Assembly: GCA_049970055.1 (NCBI GenBank)
Contig: JBMFNR010000007.1
Location: 1-18,120 of the forward strand
Source: Fervidobacterium sp.
Lineage (GTDB): Bacteria > Thermotogota > Thermotogae > Thermotogales > Fervidobacteriaceae
Length of the DNA: 18,120 nt
Direction: 5' to 3'
Part shown: positions 9,241 through 18,120 of the stretch, piece after piece
How the letters are laid out: every line of letters starts with the position of its first letter
How positions within the stretch are numbered: position 1 is the first letter of the stretch
Notes under the pieces: model-generated
The model's database searches: none
What the model saw: the letters and a program-made list of their open reading frames with translations, nothing else
What the model was told of the DNA's origin: nothing
Position numbers and translations under genes: made by a program

Positions 9241-9280
9241 ACATTAGACACCTCCCGTTGTCTGAAATTACTGAATTAGC

Positions 9281-9310
9281 AAAAAGCAGGGGGATAAATC
9301 CCCCTGCTTT
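9281..9310 (-). terminator. Intrinsic terminator/stem-loop between gap and pgk
   Basis: The minus strand reads aaagcaggggga-ttta-tccccctgcttttt, 10 nt after the gap stop codon. Confidence 0.82.
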
Positions 9311-9320
9311 CATCTCACAA

Positions 9321-10364
<1,044 letters not shown>

Positions 10365-10392
10365 TCATACTCTCTTACCCTAAACACTCTTC

Positions 10393-10410
10393 TTGTGAAA
10401 AATTGTACAA
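10393..10410. promoter_or_regulatory. Putative Rex (NADH/NAD+ sensor) operator upstream of gap
   Basis: TTGTGAA-aaat-TGTACAA matches the Rex consensus TTGTGAA-N4-TTCACAA at 12 of 14 positions. It overlaps a candidate minus-strand -10 (TACAAT, 10407-10402). Confidence 0.65.
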
Positions 10411-10585
10411 TATAAATATTACATTTGCTATAAAAATTAGGTTAAAATTTTGAAATATTTGAAGGATACTCGAGTATACAACAAATTACGTGAAATACGC
10501 AAAAATATCCAGATATATTCTACCACAAAAAAGAAAAACAAGCAACCAAACGAAAACTAAAAAACATAGTGTATCTTTTAAAATC

Positions 10586-10613
10586 TTTACTAGCAATCAG
10601 TTAGCGGTATAAT
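10586..10613 (+). promoter_or_regulatory. Candidate sigma70 promoter for the antiporter-pcm genes
   Basis: TTTACT (10586-10591), a 16-bp spacer and TATAAT (10608-10613) lie 36 bp before the start codon. Confidence 0.5.
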
Positions 10614-10649
10614 AGTAATTAAACAAACCTATGGAAGGGGTGGAGTGGA

Positions 10650-11594
10650 GTGCTCTTAAGTATCCTACTTTTGGTTTTAGGACTCGTCTTTGTGTCTGTT
10701 GGCTCTGACAAATTGGTTGAAGGTGCATCGGCTGTTGCAAAAAAATTAAGAGTTTCCGATCTTCTAATCGGACTTACCATAGTTTCTTTTGGTACTTCTG
10801 CTCCCGAACTAGCGGTAAATGTAGCTTCTTCCATTAAAGGAACTTCTGAAATAAGTCTTGGTAACATTATTGGAAGCAACGTGTTTAACCTACTTACTGT
10901 TGGAGGTTTATCAGCCATCATAAGACCTGTTAGAGTACAGCACTCAACGTTAAGAAAAGAAATACCGCTTAGCCTTTTGGCAGCAATTTCTGTTCTTGCA
11001 CTTGGCAACAAAACCCCAACTCTTTTAACAAGAGGGGATGGAATAGTCTTATTACTTTTCTTTACAATATTCATGTCTTACATATTCGAGATGGCCCAAA
11101 AAGACAGACAAATGTTCGAAGAACTTGAAAAAACAAAAGAAAAGGAGCTTAGTACTTTAGTATCAGTCCTTTACATACTTGGAGGACTTGCTGGTTTAGT
11201 TATCGGTGGTGACTGGATTGTAAACGGAGCAATTAAACTGGCAAAAGCTTTAGGCGTGTCTGATAAGCTCATTGGATTAACGATTGTTGCTGCAGGTACG
11301 TCCATACCAGAACTTGCAACATCCATTGCGGCAACGCTCAAACGGAACAGTGAGATCGCACTCGGAAATGTCGTTGGATCGAACATATTTAACATATTCT
11401 TTATTCTTGGTGTTTCAGCAGTTATAAAACCAATTGCCTATAACACTGCACTAAATATTGATTTATTATTACTGATAATATCAACGTTGGCTGTTATTTG
11501 GTTCTCAAAAGACCTTGAAATTGGAAGGTTGGAAGGTACCATTATGTTTTCAACATACATTGGATACACTGTTTATCTTATATTTCGAGGTTAA
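10650..11594 (+). CDS. Calcium/sodium antiporter (CaCA family, YrbG-like)
   Basis: Two alpha repeats are present: GLTIVSFGTSAPEL..GNIIGSNVFN and GLTIVAAGTSIPEL..GNVVGSNIFN. GTG start. Confidence 0.93.
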   Translation: MLLSILLLVLGLVFVSVGSDKLVEGASAVAKKLRVSDLLIGLTIVSFGTSAPELAVNVASSIKGTSEISLGNIIGSNVFNLLTVGGLSAIIRPVRVQHSTLRKEIPLSLLAAISVLALGNKTPTLLTRGDGIVLLLFFTIFMSYIFEMAQKDRQMFEELEKTKEKELSTLVSVLYILGGLAGLVIGGDWIVNGAIKLAKALGVSDKLIGLTIVAAGTSIPELATSIAATLKRNSEIALGNVVGSNIFNIFFILGVSAVIKPIAYNTALNIDLLLLIISTLAVIWFSKDLEIGRLEGTIMFSTYIGYTVYLIFRG

Positions 11595-11628
11595 TTTTTG
11601 TGGTATTGTTATCAAGGAGAGTGATTGA

Positions 11629-12225
11629 TTGTTTGAATATCTTGAAAATCACGGCGTTTCAAGAAGAGTTATTGAAGCTATGAATAAGATTGATCGAAGA
11701 CTATTTGTGCCGAGAGAATTTGAAAGCAGTGCGTACATTGATATTCCATTACCAATAGGTTTTGGGCAAACGATTTCTGCACCACACATGGTTGGATTGA
11801 TGTGTGAATATCTAGAACTGAAAGATGGTGATAAGGTTCTGGAGGTTGGAACCGGTAGTGGCTACAACGCGGCGGTGATGAGTTTACTGGTTGGAGAAAG
11901 CGGCTGGATTTACACGGTTGAGAAAACTCCAGAGCTTGCTCAACAGGCTATTGAAAGAATAAATATGCTTGGATTAAAAAATATCACTGTTGTTACAGGC
12001 GATGGAAAAGAAGGGCTGGAATCGTTTGCCCCCTTCGATAAAATCACGGTTACTTGCTACGCAAAACAAGTACCAGAGAAACTTATCGTACAACTAAAAG
12101 ATAATGGGATTATGATTATTCCTGTTGGAAGTGAATACATTCAAAAGTTAAAACGTATAAGGAAGATTAAAACAAAACTCTTTGAAGAAGATCTAACATA
12201 TGTTCGCTTTGTCCCAATGCAATGA
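11629..12225 (+). CDS. pcm: Protein-L-isoaspartate(D-aspartate) O-methyltransferase
   Basis: Motifs IDRRLFVP, PIGFGQTISAPHMV, VLEVGTGSGYNAA, APFDKI and VRFVPM are present. TTG start with RBS AAGGAG. Confidence 0.95.
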   Translation: MFEYLENHGVSRRVIEAMNKIDRRLFVPREFESSAYIDIPLPIGFGQTISAPHMVGLMCEYLELKDGDKVLEVGTGSGYNAAVMSLLVGESGWIYTVEKTPELAQQAIERINMLGLKNITVVTGDGKEGLESFAPFDKITVTCYAKQVPEKLIVQLKDNGIMIIPVGSEYIQKLKRIRKIKTKLFEEDLTYVRFVPMQ

Positions 12226-12242
12226 CTTATTCATCAGTTTAA

Positions 12243-13640
12243 TCACTCTAGCACTAAGTTATTTCGAAGCTTCTTAATTGTCCATTTTCCCCAAACATAT
12301 GTTAATATGGAAGCACTTGCATTACCAATTACAATCCCCAACCAAACACCATATAATCCTATCTTCAACACATCGACAAAAAACCAAGCCCAAAAAAGTT
12401 GAAAAATAATAGTTCTAAGAATTGTTGAAATAAGGCTTTTGAAACCGTGTCCAATGCCCTGAAACATGCCAGATGTAAGCATTCCAAGGGGTGTCCCCGG
12501 TAAGAATAAGCACAAGATCCTCAGAGCTTTTGAAATATTATCAAGTAAATCTTGCGAACTTTGGGAATAAGCGAATAAAAAGGATAACTGCCTTGAGAAA
12601 ATAAAAATTATTGCCATGATGAATAAACTAAAAAACTCCGCGAATTTTATCGCATAATTTAAGGCACTTTCAAGCTTTCCAATATCTCTTGCGCCATAGG
12701 CTGCTCCCGTTACTGGTGTAACTGCTGAAGAAATGCCTATTATCGTCAACGTGCCAAGATTTATTATCCTCCAAGCTCCTGTAAATGTTGCTACGCCGGT
12801 ATTTCCACCAGATTTGGCAGCAAACATGTTTAAAACGTATATAGCAACAGACATGATTATCTGCGCGAGCGCTGTAGGAAAGCCAACGATGGAGATATCT
12901 TTGAGATAATTACCGTTGTATTTAAACTCTTTGAAGTTCACCTTCAAAAATGTTTTTTTGGAAAAGAAGAGCATATAAATGAGCAAAGCACTCGCAAAAA
13001 TAATGGATATTCCTGTTGCCCAAGCTGCGCCCTTAATCCCGAGATTCAATGTGTATATAAATATCGGGTCAAGAAAAATATTTATAACAGAACTAAGTGT
13101 TGCAGCATACATTGGCTTTCTAGAATCTCCTTCACCACGCAAAATTCCAATCGCTGTATTGTTGAACATGAGAAAAGGTGTAAAAAGGAAAATTATTACA
13201 CCATATTCGTAAGCCTTTTGAAGTACTTCTCCACTTGCTCCAATACCTTTAAGTACATGGGTTAATGTAGGTATACCAACAAACATGGTCATTAAAGAAA
13301 CAATCAAAGCTAACATGATCGAATGCTCAGCAACAGAATTTGCACTTTTAATATCTTTGGCGCCTATCTTTCTTGAAATGGCCGAACTTGTTCCAACCGT
13401 AATACCTGTGGCAATAGACACAATGATCATAAATATCGGAAAGAAGAAACCCATCGCAGCTAAGTCAGTCACACCAAGTCCTGCAACCCACACTGCATCA
13501 ACAAGATTGTACGCTGTCTGAACAAACATCGATATCATGTTCGGAATAGATAGCTTGACAATAGCTTTCTTGTAATCGCCAAGCAACAATTCCACATTTT
13601 TATTAGATTTGAGAGATTGGCTATCCATAATGACTATCAC
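12243..13640 (-). CDS. MATE family efflux transporter
   Basis: About 12 TM segments with motifs [39 protein letters not shown] and GAAYGA. The start may instead be ATG 13628. Confidence 0.93.
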   Translation of the reverse strand: MIVIMDSQSLKSNKNVELLLGDYKKAIVKLSIPNMISMFVQTAYNLVDAVWVAGLGVTDLAAMGFFFPIFMIIVSIATGITVGTSSAISRKIGAKDIKSANSVAEHSIMLALIVSLMTMFVGIPTLTHVLKGIGASGEVLQKAYEYGVIIFLFTPFLMFNNTAIGILRGEGDSRKPMYAATLSSVINIFLDPIFIYTLNLGIKGAAWATGISIIFASALLIYMLFFSKKTFLKVNFKEFKYNGNYLKDISIVGFPTALAQIIMSVAIYVLNMFAAKSGGNTGVATFTGAWRIINLGTLTIIGISSAVTPVTGAAYGARDIGKLESALNYAIKFAEFFSLFIMAIIFIFSRQLSFLFAYSQSSQDLLDNISKALRILCLFLPGTPLGMLTSGMFQGIGHGFKSLISTILRTIIFQLFWAWFFVDVLKIGLYGVWLGIVIGNASASILTYVWGKWTIKKLRNNLVLE

Positions 13641-14149
13641 TTCCCCATCACAGTTTTATAAAAGTTCTTCATATTTTCCAATGATTTCAACGCAATCTTT
13701 TCCCTATCTTTTCCTCCACCAAGAAGACCGAAGTTTGCGTACATAGGCTTTAATTCACTTGCACTCGTTACGTACTTAATTAAAGCTCCACACATTGTCT
13801 CTTGCGGAAATTGTATCAACTCTTTTCCGGAAAGCAATCTTGAAATATTAATTCCAACATACATACCGGTCATAGCTGACTCGACGTAACCTTCTACTCC
13901 CGTGATTTGTCCTGCTAAAAAAATTCTAGAATTGCTTTTCAAACGCAAATATTTATCAAGCACTTTAGGCGAATCGATGTAGCTATTTCTGTGCATAACT
14001 CCGTATCTCAGAATTTCGGCGTTTTGAAGACCTGGTATAAGTCGAATTATCCTCTTTTGCTCGCTCCATTTTAATCTTGTTTGAAAACCTACGATGTTGT
14101 ACATTGTGCCTTCGACGTTTTCCTTTCTCAACTGAACTACTGCGTGTGG
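13637..14149 (-). pseudogene. trmFO: 3' remnant of folate/FAD-dependent tRNA (uracil-54) methyltransferase TrmFO
   Basis: Only C-terminal motifs remain: [55 protein letters not shown]. An in-frame TAG lies at 14158-14156, and the N-terminal FAD-binding GxGxxG region is absent. Confidence 0.88.
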
Positions 14150-14280
14150 AAAGCGCTAATTGTATCATGATCAGTAATAGCAATGATTTCTAAATTTAAT
14201 AATTTTGCTTTTTCGACCAATTCTTTAGGTTTTAGAGTTCCATCGGAGCTGGTTGTGTGAGTGTGGAAATCTACTAACAT
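14137..14280 (-). pseudogene. 5' remnant of a PHP-domain (polymerase/histidinol phosphatase family) gene
   Basis: Manual translation from ATG 14280 (RBS AAGGAGGT) gives [50 protein letters not shown] motifs DxHxHT..SDG and AITDHD are present, followed by a premature stop. Confidence 0.88.
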
Positions 14281-14327
14281 TTAACTAACCTCCTTATCTT
14301 TTGTTTTCCATCCTATTTATCAGTACA

Positions 14328-14351
14328 ATTATAGCACATTTGTGGTATACT
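14328..14351. promoter_or_regulatory. Back-to-back extended -10 promoters for the divergent PHP/trmFO/MATE and HD/thrS units
   Basis: The minus strand has TGcTATAAT (14336-14328) and the plus strand has TGgTATACT (14343-14351). Confidence 0.55.
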
Positions 14352-14395
14352 TAAAGAAAGAAAAAGTTTTAAAAACGTTTAAAGGAGGATGGTGT

Positions 14396-14938
14396 ATGAC
14401 AAGAGATGAAGCCTTAGAACTTTTGAAAAAACATGTTTCAAACAAAAACCTTGTTAATCACTGTCTTGCTTGCGAAGCTATCATGAGAAGATTAGCAAGA
14501 CACTTTGGAGAAGACGAAGAAACATGGGGACTAGCTGGATTACTTCACGACTTAGATTACGATTACACAAAGGATAAACCACAAGAACATGGGCTCAAAA
14601 GCGTGGAAATACTCGGTAATTTAGTTGACGAGGAAATCAAGAATGCAATACTTGCACACTGTGAAAAGAAGGTACCTGAAACACTAATGGAAAAGGCACT
14701 TTACGCAGTTGATCCAACTAGTGGATTCATAGTGGCAGCTGCACTCATAAGACCTGAGAAGAAGTTATCAGTAGTTGATGTTGAGTTTTTGAAAAACAGA
14801 TTCAAAGAAAAAGCCTTTGCAAAGGGAGCAAATAGAGAGCAAATGAAATCTTGTGAAAGTATCGGGCTTTCTTTAGAAGAATTTTACTCGCTCGCCCTAG
14901 AAGCAATGAAATCAATTGCTGATGAGATAGGTCTTTGA
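14396..14938 (+). CDS. HD-superfamily (HDIG-like) metal-dependent phosphohydrolase
   Basis: The pattern H(CLACE)...GLLHDLDYD...HG...ILAH...YAVD is present. Start placed at ATG 14396 behind AAAGGAGG rather than the ORF-track 14342. Confidence 0.88.
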   Translation: MTRDEALELLKKHVSNKNLVNHCLACEAIMRRLARHFGEDEETWGLAGLLHDLDYDYTKDKPQEHGLKSVEILGNLVDEEIKNAILAHCEKKVPETLMEKALYAVDPTSGFIVAAALIRPEKKLSVVDVEFLKNRFKEKAFAKGANREQMKSCESIGLSLEEFYSLALEAMKSIADEIGL

Positions 14939-14961
14939 TACTTTTTGAAAGGAGTTAAAAT

Positions 14962-15360
14962 ATGTCGTTCGTTTTGTGGGCTACCTCTTTGTTTTCCGTT
15001 TTATTGGACAACGTTTTTAAAGACTACTTTTCATTAACACCTCTTTATTTTCTCTTAGAATCGCTTACTGAAAATGATGCAAAATGGAAAATAACAAGAA
15101 TTATTATCTTCTCACTTTTTTATCAGAGCTACGCGTTCCGTCATTTAGATTTTCTTTGGCTTAGCATAACTTTTGTCGTAATTGTGATAGAATTGTACAG
15201 AGATGTATTTTACTATCCGTGGAGTGCATCTCTTTTACAAGCCGCGTTGTTCTTGATACCGTATTACTACAATTATCCACTCACGTTGATTTACGCATTT
15301 ACAGTTGACTTTCTATTGTTTGTTTATATATACAAAAAATTGGATTTTGGAGGTGTTTGA
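14962..15360 (+). CDS. Hypothetical small integral membrane protein
   Basis: 132 aa, aromatic and hydrophobic, with RBS AAAGGAG. It fills the gap between the HD gene and thrS, and its 3' end contains the thrS RBS. Confidence 0.7.
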   Translation: MSFVLWATSLFSVLLDNVFKDYFSLTPLYFLLESLTENDAKWKITRIIIFSLFYQSYAFRHLDFLWLSITFVVIVIELYRDVFYYPWSASLLQAALFLIPYYYNYPLTLIYAFTVDFLLFVYIYKKLDFGGV

Positions 15361-15364
15361 TTGT

Positions 15365-17290
15365 ATGCAAATTAAATTACCAGACGGAAGTGTTAGAGAA
15401 TATTCACACCCAGTTACCCCAGCTCAGATAGCAAAGGAAATTTCCGAGGGATTGTGGAGAAATGCAGCGGGTGCTTTAGTCAACGGTCAACTTTGGGACT
15501 TAGAAAGACCTATCGATTTTGATTGTGAGTTGAAAATCGTGAAACTTGATGAACCACAGGCTGCAGAAATTTATAGGCATACGATGTCACACATCATGGC
15601 ACAAGCGGTTATAAGAATTTACGGAGAAAATAACGTGAAGCTAGGTATAGGTCCAACCATAGAAAATGGATTCTACTATGATTTCGATATAAATAACGCC
15701 AAGATAACGGAAGAAGACCTTCCAAAAATTGAAGAAGAAATGAAGAAAATCATAAAGGAAGACTTGAAGATAGAAAGATTTGAACTTTCAAAAGCTGAGG
15801 CAATCAAATTAATGGAAAGCAAAGGGCAGACGTACAAAGTTGAACTAATAAACGAAATACCAGATGAAAAAGTTAGTTTTTATAAGCAAGGTGAATTCGT
15901 TGATCTTTGCAGAGGCCCACACCTTCCAAGCACAGGAAAGGTTAAGCATTTCAAACTACTTTCTGTTTCCGGAGCGTATTGGAGAGGCAATGAAAAAAAC
16001 CCGATGCTACAAAGGATTTACGGAACGGCATTCAGTAAGAAAGAAGAGCTCGAAAATTACTTAAAGATGCTTGAGGAAGCTAAGAAAAGAGACCACAGAA
16101 AGCTTGGTCCACAGCTAGAATTATTCTTTATAAACACCGACGTAGCCGCAGGTATGCCGATATTCCTACCATACGGTATGACAGTATTGAAAGAGTTAAT
16201 GGATTTATCGAGAAAACTCCACAAAAAATACGGTTACAAAGAAGTTGGGACACCGTTGATAATGCACGAAAAACTTTGGAGACAGAGTGGTCACTGGGAT
16301 CATTACAAAAACAACATGTATTTCACTGAAAAAGAGGAAGTTACTTACGCCGTTAAACCAATGAACTGTCCTGGGCATATACTAATATACAAGAATAAGC
16401 CCGTATCTTATAAAGACTTACCAATAAGACTTTTTGAGTTTGGTAGAGTTCACAGGTACGAACGCGGTGGTGTTTTGCACGGATTGCTAAGGGTTAGAAC
16501 GTTCACACAGGACGATGCCCATATCTTCTGCAGAGAAGACCAAATCGTTGAGGAAGTAACGAATGTTGTAAGATTCATAAACGAGTTATATGGAATATTC
16601 GGTTTCTCCTATCGTGCTACACTCAGCACTATGCCGGAAGACCACATGGGTGATGAAGCAACATGGGAAAAAGCAACGGAAGGATTGAGAAATGCACTCG
16701 AAGAAATGGAAGTTCCATACGAAGTAGCCGAAGGCGAGGGTGCCTTCTACGGTCCAAAGATAGATTTCCACGTTCGAGATGTGCTGGGAAGAGAATGGCA
16801 GTGTGCAACAATTCAAATGGACTTCCAGATGCCGGAAAGATTTGAATTAACATACAAAGATAGTGACGGAAGTGAAAAACGTCCAGTGATGATACACAGG
16901 GCTCTGTACGGTTCTATCGAAAGATTCTTCGGAATACTTATTGAACACTACGCAGGAGCTTTCCCAACATGGCTTGCCCCTGTACAAGTTGTTGTGATTC
17001 CTGTCTCCGAAAAGTATTCAGATTACGCAAAAGAGGTGGCGGCGATAATTGACAAGAACGGTATCAGGGTTGAACTTGATGACAGGAATGAGACACTCGG
17101 CTACAGGATTAGGGAAAATCAATTGAAGAAAGTACCGTATATGCTCATCGTAGGTGAAAAAGAAAAAGAGAATAAAACTGTAAGTGTCAGAACAAAAGAT
17201 GGAAGAGACTTGCAAGGGATGGATTTAAATGATTTTGTGATTAAACTGAAAGAGGAAATTTCAACTAGATCAACTGATTTGTCAATTTAG
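15365..17290 (+). CDS. thrS: Threonine--tRNA ligase
   Basis: The TGS N-terminus (IKLPDGS), editing motifs (RHTMSH, DLCRGPH), [29 protein letters not shown] and [11 protein letters not shown] are present. Start placed at ATG 15365 behind GGAGGTG. Confidence 0.98.
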   Translation: MQIKLPDGSVREYSHPVTPAQIAKEISEGLWRNAAGALVNGQLWDLERPIDFDCELKIVKLDEPQAAEIYRHTMSHIMAQAVIRIYGENNVKLGIGPTIENGFYYDFDINNAKITEEDLPKIEEEMKKIIKEDLKIERFELSKAEAIKLMESKGQTYKVELINEIPDEKVSFYKQGEFVDLCRGPHLPSTGKVKHFKLLSVSGAYWRGNEKNPMLQRIYGTAFSKKEELENYLKMLEEAKKRDHRKLGPQLELFFINTDVAAGMPIFLPYGMTVLKELMDLSRKLHKKYGYKEVGTPLIMHEKLWRQSGHWDHYKNNMYFTEKEEVTYAVKPMNCPGHILIYKNKPVSYKDLPIRLFEFGRVHRYERGGVLHGLLRVRTFTQDDAHIFCREDQIVEEVTNVVRFINELYGIFGFSYRATLSTMPEDHMGDEATWEKATEGLRNALEEMEVPYEVAEGEGAFYGPKIDFHVRDVLGREWQCATIQMDFQMPERFELTYKDSDGSEKRPVMIHRALYGSIERFFGILIEHYAGAFPTWLAPVQVVVIPVSEKYSDYAKEVAAIIDKNGIRVELDDRNETLGYRIRENQLKKVPYMLIVGEKEKENKTVSVRTKDGRDLQGMDLNDFVIKLKEEISTRSTDLSI

Positions 17291-17291
17291 G

Positions 17292-18113
17292 GTGGTGATG
17301 AGTTTGTTTAATGAGCAATTTGTAAAAGATTTTATAAAAGCATTCGGTCATGAACCTGAGTGTGATGAGTCATCTGTCGATGTATCTATTTGCAAGGAAG
17401 GCGACAAAATCATTATTCGAAAAGGAGAAAACATAATCGCGCAGTTCATTGATGAGGAAAGCGACTATGGGTTTATACTAAAATACTATGCAAAGAAAGC
17501 AAATTTGATAGCACCACCTGATAAGCAAATTGAAGAGATACTTCGATCATTATTTGCCAACATTATTGTTCTTACGGAAGTAGAAGATAAAAATGGATTT
17601 TCTCATTCTCAAAGAGTGGCAAAGCTTGCGGAAGAATTTGCAAGGTATCTTAGTTGGAGCGAAGAAGACGCTACTGAGATGAGAAACCACGGAATACTCC
17701 ACGATGTTGGAAAAATTGCGATCGAACAACTGATGCTTTATTCACCAACACGTTTAAGAAATCTTGAAGCTCACTATGAAGACCATCCAATAATGGGGGC
17801 AATTTATTTATCAATAAATGAAAATCTCTGGAAGTACATACCAACGGCGAGGTATCACCATGAACGGTGGGATGGTAAAGGTTTCCCAGACAAACTGAAA
17901 GGCGAGCAAATCCCAATTACCGCCAGAATTATTGCTATCATAGATTATTACGATGAGGTAACGAATTTTGTTTCTGCCGATTGGGATTCTGAAATAAAAA
18001 CCCCAAAACAAGCACTTGAAGAAATAAGACGCATGAAAGGTACGTACTTTGATCCGGAACTTGCGGAAAAGTTCATAGCCTTCATGAAAGAAACCAATGG
18101 TATAGAAATATGA
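17292..18113 (+). CDS. HD-GYP domain protein (putative cyclic dinucleotide phosphodiesterase)
   Basis: Motifs HSQRVA, LHDVGKI, HP..GA, HHERWDGKGFP..LKGEQIP..ARIIAIIDYYD and GTYFDPEL are present. The start may be ATG 17298. Confidence 0.9.
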   Translation: MVMSLFNEQFVKDFIKAFGHEPECDESSVDVSICKEGDKIIIRKGENIIAQFIDEESDYGFILKYYAKKANLIAPPDKQIEEILRSLFANIIVLTEVEDKNGFSHSQRVAKLAEEFARYLSWSEEDATEMRNHGILHDVGKIAIEQLMLYSPTRLRNLEAHYEDHPIMGAIYLSINENLWKYIPTARYHHERWDGKGFPDKLKGEQIPITARIIAIIDYYDEVTNFVSADWDSEIKTPKQALEEIRRMKGTYFDPELAEKFIAFMKETNGIEI

Positions 18114-18120
18114 GCTAAAG

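Noticed and set aside
10448..10465. Additional Rex-like site TTTTGAA-atat-TTGAAGG
   Set aside because: The right half-site matches poorly, which is expected by chance in AT-rich DNA.
12226..12242. Terminator between convergent pcm and MATE
   Set aside because: The gap is only 17 bp and no convincing hairpin is visible.
14144..14269. 9-bp direct repeat gtgtggaaa at 14144-14152 and 14261-14269, one copy at the deletion junction
   Set aside because: The second copy is ordinary PHP coding sequence (DFHTH). No transposase or inverted repeats lie between the copies, so it is not supportable as a target-site duplication.

Overview
AT-rich bacterial core-genome window. Gene style and the pgk-tpi frameshift arrangement suggest Thermotogota, probably Fervidobacterium-like (inference). 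Plus strand: SPFH/band-7 protein (5'-partial), a small membrane protein, an M29 aminopeptidase, archaeal-type phosphoglycerate mutase (apgM) and ComEC. These converge at a bidirectional terminator with a long minus-strand block: gap - terminator - pgk/(-1 shift)/tpiA - promoter - tRNA-Ser(GGA) - terminator - rimP - nusA - Fur-family regulator. Next come a Ca2+/Na+ antiporter and pcm (+), a MATE transporter (-), a broken PHP/trmFO locus (-), and an HD protein - membrane protein - thrS - HD-GYP run (+). The most notable signals are (1) a deletion scar joining the first ~44 codons of a PHP-domain gene, missed by the ORF track, out of frame to the 3' part of trmFO; (2) an A9 recoding site that appears to be the only route to full-length TPI, as a PGK-TPI fusion; (3) a Rex-type operator upstream of gap; and (4) a perfect 33-bp in-frame duplication in the SPFH gene. 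I found no mobile element, CRISPR array or clearly new multi-gene system.
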